64,000 nucleotides of DNA from the human T2T-CHM13v2.0 reference genome, Homo sapiens. Under the pieces are notes generated by a model that saw only the letters and a program-made list of their open reading frames with translations, was not told where the DNA came from and made no database searches. The stretch is taken from NCBI RefSeq assembly GCF_009914755.1, contig NC_060925.1; one strand, given 5' to 3'. Position numbers and translations under genes: made by a program. This document shows, in pieces, positions 35,884 to 50,337 of this stretch. Positions within the stretch are counted from its first letter, which is position 1, and each line of letters starts with the position of its first letter.

Positions 35884-36108
35884 CAAGGCTTCTCAGCCTC
35901 AGCAACATTGACATTTGGGGCCACATAATTCTTTTTTGTAAAAAGCTGTCCTGTGCATTATAGAATTTAGGGCAGCACACCTAGCCTCTACTCACTAGAC
36001 GCCAGTAGCTCCCTTCTTTCAAGTGTGACAACCAAAAATGCCTCCAGATATTGCCAAATGTTCCTGGCAGGGGAAGGGGACAAAATCACTCCTAGTTGAG
36101 AATCACTG
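35884..36108 (-). mobile_element. MER20 MITE
   Basis: Reverse-orientation homologue of 20000-20214 (gtgacaaccaaaaatgcctccaga, gttgagaatcactg). Confidence 0.88.
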
Positions 36109-36149
36109 GCCTAAGGTGTAACTTGGGAGTGAGTCTAAGGCAGTGATTT

Positions 36150-36930
36150 TCCAATTCATGGAATGCAGGTAAAGCAGAACTTAGAAGAAAGCAGAGCTTG
36201 AAATATGTAGAAAAGGACAAAGAAGATCAATAATCTAAGTACCTAATATGGTTTTGCTGTGTCCCCACCCAAATCTCATCTTGAATTATAGCTCCCATAA
36301 TTCCCTCATGTTGTGGGAGGGACCAAGTGGGAGATAATTGAATTATGGGGGCAGTTTCCCCCATACTGTTCTCGTGGTAGTGAATAAAAGTCTCATGAGA
36401 TCTGATCGTTTTATAAGGGAAACCCCTTTCACTTGATTCTCACTCTCTCCTCTTGTCTGCCACCATGTGAGGCATGCCTTTTACCTTCCACCATGATTGT
36501 GAGGCCTCCTCAGCCATGGGGAGCTGTGAGTCCATTAAACTTCTTTCTTTTGTAAATTGCCCAATCTCAGGTATGTCTTTATCAGTAGTGTGAAAACAAA
36601 CTAATACAGTACCCATCTCAAAAAGCTTGAAAAACAAAAGCACATTAAACCCAAATCAAACATAAGAAATAAAATAATGATAAGAACAAAAATCAACAAA
36701 ATGCAAAATAAACATTCAATAGAAAGAAAACCAACAAAGCCAAAAGCTAGTCCTCTGGAAAAGCTAATAAAGTGTATAAACCCCTAGCAAGAATGATCAA
36801 GAAAAACAGAAAAGGCACAAATTATTAGTATCATGCATGAAAAAGACCACCACAAATCTTGCAAATATTAACATCATAAGAAGATACTATGAACAACCAA
36901 TGAATATAAAAAATTTGGATGAAATGGGCA
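36150..36930 (+). mobile_element. Ancient L1M ORF2 fragment interrupted by THE1
   Basis: A-rich ORF2-like sequence (aacaaagccaaaagctag, aaacccctagcaagaatgatcaagaaaa) is continuous across the THE1 TSD. Confidence 0.7.
36244..36608 (+). mobile_element. THE1-type MaLR solo LTR
   Basis: taatatggttttgctgtgtccccacccaaatctc...ctaataca with TSD gtacc at 36239-36243 and 36609-36613. Confidence 0.93.
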
Positions 36931-37126
36931 ATGTAACCATAGAACCAGGCAAAACTAGGACATATACAGTGAGTGATAAATAAACCTGTGTTGTATTAAG
37001 CCACTGAGATTTTAGAATTGTTTGTTATTGTACCACAACCTAGCCTATCTTAACTGACAAAGTAGTCTCCCCAACACAGGTCTGAACAACGGTGAGCAGT
37101 GAAAAATCTCCACATCTTCACTTTAA

Positions 37127-37455
<329 letters not shown>

Positions 37456-38639
37456 CCTTGCTTGTTTTTGTTTAGTGTTTTACAACAGAACTCTGCCCCA
37501 TATTGCATCAGAAATCCATTGAAGTCCTAAATGTATTCGATGGACTTTTTGAACTCTGTTATAAATATAGTATAAGTATACTATATATTATCATCTTTTC
37601 TGAAGTAATGCACTTCAGCTCTACAATAACCTGTAAGGTAGACAGGCTGCACTATTAGTTCTGTCTCTAACCGACAAAGTGGCCTTCACTGATTTCCCCA
37701 GTTTCACTTTTCCCATGACAGTGTGGCAATGCCTTGGTTAAACTCAAAAGACTCTATATAAATCTTGGGAATAAGAATACACAAGTACTTCAATTCTTTT
37801 AAGCTGTAGGATGCTCAGTAAGATAAGAGAAAGTCTGGGAGAAATATTTATATTCCGGGATCCTCAGAAGCATAAGAAACTCAGAGAATGACCAATGGCC
37901 AAAAACTCTTTATAGATTTTTAATTTAAAACAAAATTATACACATGTATAAAAGGATGTAAGTTTAAACCAGTTATACCTATTGGTATATTTGCTAAGAA
38001 AAAGCAAATCACTTACCAACCTTTTCAAGAGCTCTCAACTCCTTCCTAGGATATTCATTCAACATTGAATAAAAAGTTCCTGTGTAAACTAGGTTAAATG
38101 TAATCTTCAAAACAGAAGCAAGTAGAACATTGTATAGCATAAAATATATTTATTGTAGAAAATAAATGGTATATATTTACCTAAGTTATAAATGAACTGT
38201 GTAGATCAGACCCATCACACTATAAATCATGTAGCTCCTCTCTTAATTAAAAATACTTCCATCCCTGCATCAAGTTCCTCTATGTGAAGGCTACATAAAA
38301 CAAAAGTGCTTTATTGAAGCTTGGTTTTGCTGACATTCCTAAAATATACTGTTTTCTCAAAGAATGTCTTAGGATCCCAGAGACAACAACTGGCATTATT
38401 AAAATGGGTTTTTTAAGTAACATATGATGTACCCAGGGCAGGCCAGCACAATTCAACTCACATGCCCTGTTATTGTAATCCTGGCTAAGACAGACTGGTA
38501 GAATCAGTACTTCCTCCATATAAAACATATCAATAAGTCCCCTGGCTCTACCTGAGGCCTATATCAGAACAAGGCAAGTGGGTGTCCAACATTCTCTATG
38601 TTTAAACTATTCCCCAGTTTCATTCTGATGATAAGAAGC

Positions 38640-39075
38640 TACTGTATTAGATGACTGAATTAATCAGAAAAAAAGCCAAGCTACGCAGGAACACCACCAA
38701 AATAGTAAGAGCTTAACAGAACAAAGGCTAACTCAAAGTTTGCTGTGGGCCTAGGAGACCTTGGAGCAACTCTTCCATGTAGCAGCTCTCTGCAATCCAG
38801 ATTCTTGGTGCCTCCACCAACCTCTAGATGCAACATCTAAAATATGCAGCCTCAGAGGCTGACACAACAGGCCAAAAGAATGCTGGAGGGTCTCACACTG
38901 GCAATTCAATGAGTCAACCTCAAAATAACACACGTTACTTCTACTAATGACCCCTTGGCCAGATGTAGTCACCTGGCCCCAGCTACCTGCAAAGGGACAG
39001 GGAAGTGAAACTGTCTCCTATTCCTGTAAGAGGAGAGAAGATGAGGGTATGGATAAGCTCCAAAAGCCCTTGCCA
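38640..39075 (-). mobile_element. Old MLT1-type MaLR LTR remnant
   Basis: ttggccagatgtagtcacctggccccagctacctgcaaagggacagggaagtg motif is typical of old MLT1 LTRs in antisense. Confidence 0.55.
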
Positions 39076-39709
39076 AAATGACTCTCTGTCTATCTAAAGA
39101 CTAGAAAGAAAATCCAGTTCTGTCACCCAGCAGCCCATAGGAAAAGTACACACTCTGAGCATTTTCTATGGCTAAAAAATACTAATAATAAGTCCAAAAT
39201 CTTAGCATGAGCTTAATGTGATCATCAAAGCCTTATATTATCTGGACCTGCCTACCTCTCCAGCCTCACCTATCTCTCTCCTCACATCCTGAGCCTGCCA
39301 GTTACACTGAATTTTCTTTCTCCATGAACATATCATGTTCACTTTGGGCCTTCACCCATTCTGTTCCCTCTGTCTGGAACATTCTTAGCTGGTCTCTTCT
39401 CTTAGCCAATTGCTACCCATCATTTAGATCTCAACCTAAGCATCCCTATCCAATCATGCCAATCTAGGCTATGTTTCTCTTTGTGTTATGGTCCCATAGC
39501 ACCCTGAATTACTCTGTCACAACATTTCTCACACATCTATTTACTTAACATTTACCCTCAAGGTAAATCTTCCTGTGAATGTGGGAAGGTGCACTGAAAT
39601 GTCTTTTGCAGTTGTTGCTTCGGTCAGAAGTCAAAAAGGGATTGAACTTCATTTTGGCTGCTCCCACTTTGGTCTAGATTTTTTTAAGCTTCAAAATTTT
39701 TTAATTTGG

Positions 39710-39820
39710 CAAGAAGTTCTTTGAAACTAATGAGAACAAAGATACAATGTACCATAATCTCTGGGACACAGCTAAGGCCATGTTAAGAGGGAAGTTTATA
39801 GCACTAAATGCCCATATCAA
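39710..39820 (+). mobile_element. L1PA-type ORF2 fragment (first segment of composite insertion)
   Basis: caagaagttctttgaaactaatgagaacaaagatacaatgtaccataatctctgggacacagctaagg...gcactaaatgcccatatcaa. Homologous to 13420-13529 of the nested L1. Confidence 0.92.
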
Positions 39821-40184
39821 TGTTCAATCCATGCCTAACCGAAAGGATAATGAAGTTCAGGTTGTACGAGTAAGAGGACACTATAAAGGTCAGCAAATTG
39901 GTACAGTAGTCCAGGTTTACAGGAAGAAATATGTCATCTACATTGAATGGGTGCAGCAGGAAAAGGCCAATGGCACAACTGTCCATGTAGGCATTCACCC
40001 CAGCAAGGCGGTTATCACTAGGCTAAAACTGGACAAAGACCGCAAAAAGATCCCTGAACAGAAAGCCAAATCTCACCAGGCAGGAAAGGAAAAGGGCAAA
40101 TACAAGGAAGAAAAAATTGAGGAGATGCAGGAATAAAGTAATCTTATATACAAGTTTTGATTAAAATTTGAAATGAAGAAAAAA
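39818..40184 (+). pseudogene. RPL26: RPL26 processed pseudogene, 5'-truncated, fused in frame to an L1 ORF2 fragment
   Basis: Translation [17 protein letters not shown](VR)GHYKGQQIG...[16 protein letters not shown] matches the C-terminal part of ribosomal protein L26 (uL24). Intronless. 3'UTR taaagtaatcttatatacaag, ATTAAA at 40160-40165 and a short A-tract. Confidence 0.95.
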
Positions 40185-42043
40185 TATATATACTCATGGT
40201 GGCCATTGAGTTTTAGGCACACTGGTGACCGTCATTGCTACAGCTGCTCACTTTCTCTGGTAAACCAGAAAGACCTCAGACACTGGGTTCCTCACTCACA
40301 TCCACGGGGATGCAGCCCTGCCAGTGCTCAGGCAGAGTTCTCAGGAGCGGGGACACCTTACTGTTAACTTGTGTGTCGTCTTCTAAAGTGATCTCATTAA
40401 CTGCTGCTGTGACCATGTTAGTCAAAAGTCACAGAGAAGACTGGAGATGGTGCACGTGTTTGCAAGTGGATCGGGGGAACCAGCCCCAATATTTCAACGT
40501 ACGTTATTTTCTATTTTCCCTAAGTGTCAGCCAGTCTTACAAATAAAGGGATAGAGTACAAAAGAGAGAAATTTTAAAGCTGGGTGTCCGGGGGAGACAT
40601 CACATGTCGGCAGGTTCCATGATGCCCCCTGAGCTGTAAAACCAGCACGTTTTTATTAGTGATTTTCAAAGGGGAGGAAGTGTACAAATAGGGTGTGGGT
40701 CACAGAGATCACATGCTTCAAGGGCAATAAAAGATCACAAGGCAGAAGGTCAGGGAGAGATCACAAGGTCAGGATGAAACTAGAATTACTAATGAAGTTC
40801 CATGTCCCACTGTGCACGCATTGTCATTGATAAACCTCTTAACAGGGTTCAAGAGCAGAGAACTGGTCTGACTAGAATTTGCCAGGCTGGAATTTCCTAA
40901 TTCTAGCAAGCCTGGGGGGTGCTGCAGGAGGCCAGGGCGTATTTCATCCCTTATCTGTAACTGCATAAGGCGGACACCCCTAGAGCAGCCGTTTTAGAGG
41001 CCTCCTCCTGGGAATGCATTCTTTTCCCAAGGCTGTTAATTATTAATATTCCTTGCTGGGGAAAGAATTCAGTGATATTTCTCTTACCCATTTTTGGCAA
41101 TAAGAGAAATATGGCTCTGTTCTGCCCAGGTCACAGGCAGTCAGACCCAATGGTTATCTCCCTTGTTCCCTCAACATCGCTGTTATCCTGTTCTTTTCTC
41201 AAGGTGCTCAGATTTCATATTGTTCAAAAACACACGCTTTATGAACAATTTGTGCAGTCAACGCAATCATCACAGGGTCCTGAGGCAACATACATCCTCA
41301 GGTTACAAAGATGATGGGATTAAGAGATTAAAGTAAAGACAGGCATAGGAAATTATAAGAGTATTGATTGGGGAAGTGATAAATATCCACGAAATCTTCA
41401 TGATTTATGTTTAGAGATTGCAGTAAAGACAGGCATAAGAAATTACAAAAGTACTAATTTGGAGAACTAACAAATGTCCATGAAGTCTTCACAATTTATT
41501 TTCTTCTGTCATGGCTTCAGCAGGTCCCTCCATTCGGGGTCTCTGACTTCCCGCAACACATGTGCCTGTGTGTGTGCATGCTCCTGTGTGCGTGTGCATG
41601 TGTGTATGGCTAAAATTAAGTCATGCTGTCAGCCACTCATGATCTCACTTGAAATAGTGTTTGGAAATGGGAATGGTTTTGTCCTGCATGCTGATGTGTC
41701 CAGAATTTCATTTAATAATAAAAGGAAAATGTGTGGTTACTGAAAAATGTGTATTGATACAGAATTTCGTAAGAGCCATGTTAGACAAAGCAACTCTCTT
41801 TTTCAACCACTGCTCATCAGTTTCTGTAGAGTAAAAAAATCTGTACATATTTTGGAATCTGGAGAATCCTATATAAATCATTTGTTACTTAAATCTGTGA
41901 AAAACATGTTTCTTTGGAGGAAAATGTATGCATTTATAAGCATTCTGTGGAATCAGTTTTAATTGTATTCATGTAATTGTCTCTAAGTGATCATCATCTT
42001 CATAGCAATAAGAAATTCATTAAAATGTCCATGTTCCATAATT
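40185..42043 (+). other. Unidentified mRNA-3'UTR-like segment (~770 bp without the MER11), part of the composite insertion
   Basis: Non-repeat-like sequence, continuous across the MER11 TSD. Ends 19 nt after ATTAAA (42019-42024), exactly where L1 ORF2 resumes. Parent not recognised. Confidence 0.5.
40469..41558 (-). mobile_element. MER11 (HERV-K11/HML-8) solo LTR
   Basis: The reverse complement starts tgttgcgggaagtcagagaccccgaatggagggacc and ends ...gttgaaatattggggctggttcccccgat. 6-bp TSD caagtg (40463-40468) / catgtg (41559-41564). Confidence 0.9.
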
Positions 42044-42869
<826 letters not shown>

Positions 42870-43011
42870 CTTTGGAAAAATAGAAATTAAAATTTTTTTA
42901 AAAAGGTTACCCTCCCTACAAAATTACGTTTGAAGACCATATCTATCTTTTATTCTGAGAACATTATGCAGTTCCTGGCTCACAAATGATGCTCGATAAA
43001 TACTGATTCAC

Positions 43012-43518
43012 TGTATTAGCTTCCTATTGCTGCTATAATAAATTACCACAAACAATGCCTTCGATCAGCACAAGTTTATTATCTTAATGGTTTTGAAGGT
43101 CAGAAGTCCCACACAGGTCTCACTGGGCTAAAACCTATGCGTAGTTGGGAGCTGTATTCCTGCTGGAGGCTCTGGGAGATAATCTGTTCCCAGTCTTTTC
43201 CAGCTTCTAGCAGCCACCCACATCCCTTGGCTCATGCTCTCCCACCAGCAATGGCATTATTCTTACCTCTGCTTTTGTCATCACATAACTCTTTCTGACT
43301 CAGACTCTCCTGCCTTCCTCTTTCCCTCATAAGGATCCTTGTGATGATATTGGGCCGACCTGGATGGATAATCTAGAATAATCTCCCCATCCGAAGGACT
43401 CTAATTTAATCACATCTGCAAAGTCCCTTTTGCTATATAAGGTAACAAAATCACAGGTTTGGAGGATTTGCATGTGGACATCTTTGCGGGGTCGGGGAGC
43501 ATTATCTTGTCCACCATA
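43012..43518 (-). mobile_element. MLT1 (B/C-type) MaLR solo LTR
   Basis: tgtattagcttcctattgctgctataataaattaccaca...taatcacatctgcaaagtcccttttgc...ccaccata. Confidence 0.85.
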
Positions 43519-45666
43519 CTGGCTGACTCATCATTATCTCACTTCTCACAGAGAGAAGACGTACAACAATAACACTTGTGAACCTCTGTTCCCGTCTAAG
43601 GAAGCATCTCAGTTCTTTGCAAAAGCCTGGCTAGAAGGGAGTTTCTCATTGTCTAGTGAGTGCTGACTCTGGAGGGCTGTCTCCAAAAGAATTTAACAGG
43701 GCCTCCACCCATTTCCCTCTCAGCTCCATGTACATTGTACCACTCAAACCTCCCACAGGTGAGAAAGTGAAAGTATGAAAAGTGCAGAACGCCCCCTCTT
43801 TGACCTACAACAAGTTAGAAGAAGCCAGAAATAAAACCTCTCATTTTATACCCCAGTGAACACATACTTGTTGAATCCCTTCCATTATGCATGCTGGGGT
43901 ACAGATGAGGTCCCACTGCCATGCAGTTATATTCCAGAGCAGGAGACCTGCTACAGGGAAGCCACAGTTCCCATACTCAAATGCCTTGCTGGGCTATGCA
44001 AAGAACTCACATGTGTGAAGTAGTCAAGGGTGAGAATACAGGGAGTGGTGATTATGTTGAGCAGGAGAGTTTCTGCTTGTCTAAAGACATTCAATTCAAA
44101 ATTGATCTATGACCACTATGCTGGCCAAGGAAAACAAGCCTGCAACTTAGATCAGCACCCCCAACTCATCATCTACAGGGTTGCCATTCCCAAGGTAAAC
44201 AGATTGATAAAATAATTTCAGATATTGACACATTTTGTGAGAAAAATAAGGCAGGCTTATGTGAGGGCAATCACTTAATGTGGGGGAGGGATGCTCTGGC
44301 TTTTCAGGGAAGGCAACCTATTCCAGGACACCAGACATCTTTGTCTCTACCAAGAATTTCCAGTGAGGAACTCAGATCTCAGAAGAGGCATCTTCTCTGT
44401 CCTGTGGTTATAAAATGAAGTAACTCAAAATTCCATTTTGATGAGAAGGGGTATTAGAATAAGAAGAAAAATTGTCTCTTCTTTGGAAAATCTTATAAAC
44501 CACAAATGGAGTTGAAAGCATCAGGTTACAGCAAACCTAGGTAGAATCTGATAAGAGACAGTTATCTTAATAGAAAAGTGCTCTTTCATTTTTCGTAATG
44601 CATTCCAGAAACCACGTATCACAAGACAGTGTGATCATTTGACTATTCTGGTTTTTTGGTCTAGTACCTGACTTTGATTCTTGTGCTCAACTTAAGTCCC
44701 CCTGAGTATTCTTTACATTATACTCCTTCCAGTAGAAGTGAGTTCACATCCTGTCCATAGCTTCTTTCATGATCCAAGCTATATGTCTTTAATGTTAATG
44801 TTTCAAACTCACTCTCAGAGAGATGTTTCACATGCCTGGTCATGCCTGGTTGCCAATTGCCTTTGAGAGAGTTCTTTCTAGCTCATGAGTCTAGCAATCA
44901 ACAGTATAATTTGTTGCTGTGTTCTCTGTATATTAGGAAGAGGCAAGCTCTATGTAGAAATCAATGTGTGGGGGGAAAAAATGACATGGGCTTTAAAATG
45001 TAAGTGTAGGTACAGGTGTAAGTATAAGTACCTGCATTGCCATGGGTGTGGTGGCAGAGCAGTGTTTCTGTATAAGCAACTCTTATTTATACCTGATTGA
45101 TGATAAGATAGCTGGGGACCCATTTGGCCTATTATTTCTCTTTTTGTTCCTAACTGCTCCCTTCAGAGGAGAAGCAAAGATATATAAGATACTGATTAGC
45201 CAAGTTAATAGGTTAGAGAAAACTTGGGGAAGAAAATATATAGAAAAGAAAGGAAGTCAATTGACTTTGGGCATTCGATGATCCATGATAAGGTTAGTTG
45301 AGTTGTAGGAGCCTATGTTGTTTTAATAGCTTAAGATGTAGGCCTCAGAGATGATCATTTTTGGGGACAGAAAGTAGATTTCATCTCAGTATTATCTCAT
45401 GCCATCTGGTAGTGCCTATTTGGAAGATTAGGCTGGGACACAAGATCACAAGAGAAAGAGCCTTGAACAAGTAGTAATCTCTGCCATGGGTGCGGGAGGG
45501 AAGGTTGACAGTATGCCCAGCAAGAATTTGCCTTCCTTGGCCTAGACCAATAGCCTCATTTCACAAACTAGAAAGTGAGAACCAGGAGAATTTAAATGAT
45601 TTGTCCAAGGCCTCACAGCTCTGAAGCAGTTCTGGGAGTTCCTGTTGTGCTAACTCCATACCAGCC

Positions 45667-45962
<296 letters not shown>

Positions 45963-46052
45963 TCTTCCATCACACCACTCTGCTTAGCACCTGTCCCACA
46001 TAAATAAGAATAACACACACTATAGTATAGATAAGGTGAGGCTACAACATGA

Positions 46053-46400
46053 CCATGGTAGACTGAAAAAGGGTCTCCAAAAGATGTTCATGTCCTAATC
46101 CCCAGAACCTGTAACTATGTAAGTTGCATGATAAAGGAATCTGCAAACATGATTAAGTTAAGGATTTTGAGATGGGGGGGTTATCCTGGATTAGCCAGGT
46201 GGACCCAATGTAATCACAATGGTCCTTACAGAGAAAAGTAGGAGAGTCAGAGTCAGAGAAGGGGACGTGATGATGGAAGGAAGTTGGAATGATGTAGGGT
46301 CAGGAACCAAGGAATTTGGGCAGCTTCTTGAAGCTAGAAAAACACAAGGAAATAGATTCTCCCCTAGTGCCTCCAAGGAGAGCTGCTGAGGACTCCCACA
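46053..46400 (+). mobile_element. MLT1 (C/D-type) MaLR LTR, 3' truncated
   Basis: atgtcctaatccccagaacctgt, gattaagttaaggattttgagatgg, cccaatgtaatcaca, gattctcccctag. Confidence 0.8.
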
Positions 46401-46499
46401 GGCTCCCTGCTTTCTTATTTTTTTGATCCTCCCCAGGACTCGCTCTATCACCCCATTTGCCTAATAAAATACCATGCATCTTTCAAAAGTCTGCTAAGC

Positions 46500-47165
46500 T
46501 ACAATATGGTGCCATGAGAATTGCTAAAATGAAAAGAAAAAATATTGTCTGCAAGGAAGTGGAGCAACCAGAACCCTCATAGACTGCTGCTGGGAGTATA
46601 AGTTAGTACAACCACTTTGGAAAACTATTTGGAAGTAACTATAAAGCTTAATATACCATAAGAACAAACGATTGCACTCCTGGGTGTACATTCAACAAAA
46701 ATGCATACATATGTTCATTAAAGCACATGTATTAGAATTTCACAGCAGAACTATATGTAACAGTCAGAGACTTAAAGTGTCCACTAAACAGTAGGTAAAT
46801 AAATGGAGGAATGAATGCATGCATATTCTGACAATGGAATATCATACAATGAGACTGAATGATCTTTACTCATATCTAATAATATAGATGAATGTCACAG
46901 ACATAATGTTTGTTGAAAGAAGCCAGACAGAAAAGTTTACATATTGTGTCATTCCTGTTATACAAGGCACTAGTTGCAGGCATCACTGCTATATGCTGTT
47001 TAAAGTCAGATAGGTCTTACTTTTGATGGATAGTAACTAGGAAGAAAAATAAGAGATCTTTCTAGGCACCTGGCTTACATGGTGTGTTCAACCTGTCAAA
47101 TTTTATTAAGCTGTACATTTACTATACATGTATATTACATTTCAATCAACCTTTAAAAATAAACT
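46500..47165 (+). mobile_element. Ancient L1 (L1MB/MC-like) 3' region
   Basis: ggagcaaccagaaccctcatagactgctgctgggagtataag...accactttggaaaacta and gaaagaagccagacagaaaag. Confidence 0.75.
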
Positions 47166-49469
47166 CAATTAAAGCAATCCTCTGGTTTCCTAACCATTCT
47201 CCAGGATAAAATTGATTATCCCTTCCTGGCGTTTAACTTTATCTTGTGCAGCCTCTGTTATGTCATACGTAATAATGTATTATCAATATGCCTTATCTTC
47301 TAAACTATGAATTCCTTGAAAACTATGGTATTTCTAACTCATTTGAATGTCCAAAGCCTAGCCCGTAGTAGTAACTAGAAAATGTTTGTTGAGTTGAATG
47401 AATGAATTAGTTTCTTCTTTTGCAGTCACTTCACGCCTGGTCATTTCAACAAACATTTGATCAATAAATACTTATATGTGATAGGCCCTGTGTTAGGTGT
47501 TTGGAATAAAAAGATTTTAAAACACAGTTCTTAGACAAGCATAAACAAATGCCAGTCAGAGTCTAAGAGTTTTATATTTAAAAAAAAAAAAAAGAAAAAA
47601 AAAAATTCAAGGACTTTCTTTTTACCAGCTGTAAAAAAAAAAACTACATCTGCTGACTTCCTTAGCCATCCAATGGCATTCTCCTTCCTCTCTTTACTAT
47701 TTTCACATTGGCATATTGGATTACACTTTTCTGGGATTATTTTCCTTCATGTTTCCTTCTCGTGTTTATTTTCCTTCATGCTTCCTTCTTAGGATGCTCT
47801 ATCTGTCCTAAACCTTATACTTTCTTAAACCAACTAGCCTTTAAGGGCAGGTCTGCTAAGATAGTGTTTCCAATCTTTCCATTTCAGGACACATAGAGAA
47901 AGTGATGTTATTTGTACTGCACACGGGGGCAAATGGGAGAGGCTACTTGAGGCCAAAGGTGAGCACCCCACGTGCTCCCTGATGTTCCAGGTCCTGCCTG
48001 GGCTCAGAGGATTAAGAAGTCAACATCTCATTCTCTGCACACCAGTATTTTATACAACACATAGTGAGAAGCTTGCTGATCTAAGGACATTGGTCAGATT
48101 ATATGACCATAGGGTCAATATCTATTATCATATTGTCCACCCTGGCTATGATGGCCACACAGGCCAGCAGCCATACTGCTAATCAATATCCTTGGCTTCT
48201 CCCCATTCCAACTAGCCGGCTGATAACACAGACTCAGTTCAGATTCTACCCTTGGAGAGAGAACTATATCCATCTCCTTTGTTTGGATGCTTGCTTAAAA
48301 GTGTCTATTGACAGGTGAAGAGCATATGCCCATGAAACAGACACCTTTTCTCTGAAGTCTCCTGGCTTCCCATTCTCCTGGACTGTGCCTTATGGAATGA
48401 GAGCTGTCAGGACCAAAGTTGCACCTCAGAAGTTGTTTGTCTGACAAGTCACTGCTGACTGTGGCAGAAAAGCCTTTCAAAAATTTCCTCCCACTACCTG
48501 TGGGTTGCAATAGCTAAGCATGTTGTTAAAATAAATATGACAATTTTGAAGATCAAAGACTGCCTTCAAAGGGATATGGTTAATTCTACTTACCATGCTT
48601 GATTTGTATTTACCAAAGAGAGCTAGAAATCCTGAGACTAGCTGCGAAGATCCAACCAGCTTGTTGCTTTTATGACCTTGGCTTTTACTGTTGAATTACA
48701 AAAGGTGGATAGCTGGAGATAGCAGACTTAGCTATGGTACTGCAAGTGACAGAAACAGGAAGAGGTCCAAAGAAATAGAGAAGAACTTCAACAAGAAGCT
48801 AAACTGAGGGGCCCCTTGTGGAAAAGAAACTTCAGAGCAGGACTCACTGTGCGGGCAAGGAACCCATTTGTGAGAAATTAGGGGGTGGAAGGGAAGTAAT
48901 AACCCACATAAATTATTAAAGTCATCATGTGAGCAAGAACAAGGCTGCAAGAAAAGGTGCAAGGCAACACATGCCTACACTATGCATTGCTGATAGGCAA
49001 AGGGGGCATTTCACACGGGCTGCTGAGAAGAGATGCCTGAACAGCCCTATGATGGAAAATGGGCAGAGAAAGTGAAGGGGCTAGCCAAACTAACCATGGG
49101 GCAACAGTCCTGGAAAGATAGAGAGATGAAGAAAATCATGTGTACTAGAACTCATCTTGTGCAGCTTACTGAATGTGGTTACAAGGAATAATTTGGGAAC
49201 TTCTTGTGAAGGAGGAAATGGGAGGTGAAATCCCCTTAAAAGCATGCTTGAATAACACCAGATGTTTGTTAAACTGCCTTTTAAAATAGGTGGGTCCAGA
49301 TGACTGCAGGGCTTTTGATATGCTGAGTGGATCTACAAATATGGACCAGAGCAGAATTGCTCAGGATGAGAGAGAAGCAGCAGAGCTCTGCTGTAGAGAC
49401 CCCTCCTTTCTGCCCTTTTGTCACACATCACTGAGCCACCCCTCTTCATAAGTATGACCAACAACTTAT

Positions 49470-49712
49470 AGGTGGGAGGATCATCTGAAGTCAGAAGTCA
49501 AGACCAGCCTGGCCAACATGGTGAAACCCCATCTCTCCTAAAAATACAAAAATTAGCTGGGCGTGGTGGCATGCACCTGTAATCCCAGCTACTCAGGAGG
49601 CTGAGGCAGAAGAATCACTTGAACCCAGATGGCGGAGGTTGCAGTGAGCCGAGATAGCACCACTGCACTCTAGCCTGGGTGACAGAGCAAGACTCCATCT
49701 CCAAAAAAAAAG
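49470..49712 (+). mobile_element. AluS, 5' truncated
   Basis: aggtgggaggatcatctgaagtcag...gactccatctccaaaaaaaaa. Confidence 0.92.
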
Positions 49713-50337
49713 AATGCATAGGTAACACTTTCTTTTTTTTTCTTTTCCAAACAAATAGATAACAAAAGTTTTCATTGTTAAAAGGATGGTTGAGACACAT
49801 ATTTACCATGTCACCAGAGCACTGATTCTCACTTTCCTTGGGTCTACGGACTCACTGTTGTGAATTTGATCAAGCTACAAACCTACTCATCAGAAACTGG
49901 CCCCAAAAGCACATATAATTTCAGGAGATTCACAAATACTCCAAAATCTATTTAAGGATCCTAAATTAAAAGCTTTAACTATAGAAAGGTTTGACATGCC
50001 TAGTGCCTAGGTAGCCATGACAATTCATGCTGGATATCTGGATACAATCCTAGAACTCTATCTCCATCAATTCCAAGAGGGCCATATAAAGGAATTCCTC
50101 TAATATGTGGCTAACATGTCCATTAGCACTCTTGGAGTATCTTATCATATACCATGAGGAAAATCAGTCTTCTTGGGCTTAATTTCTATGTAAGCATGAG
50201 AATGGCAAATAAGTTAAATACTAAATTACTAGTTTTTTCTTATCATCAATACATTCATGTTCTATTTAGAAATGCAATTTTGAGAGTTTATAATAAAGAA
50301 AGCCTTGGTTAACAGGCTGTTAAGGAAAGTTTAAGTG

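Noticed and set aside
47580-47645. A-tracts as the tail of an unrecognised retrocopy
   Set aside because: Upstream sequence looks like decayed L2, and I could not find a TSD or a parent transcript.
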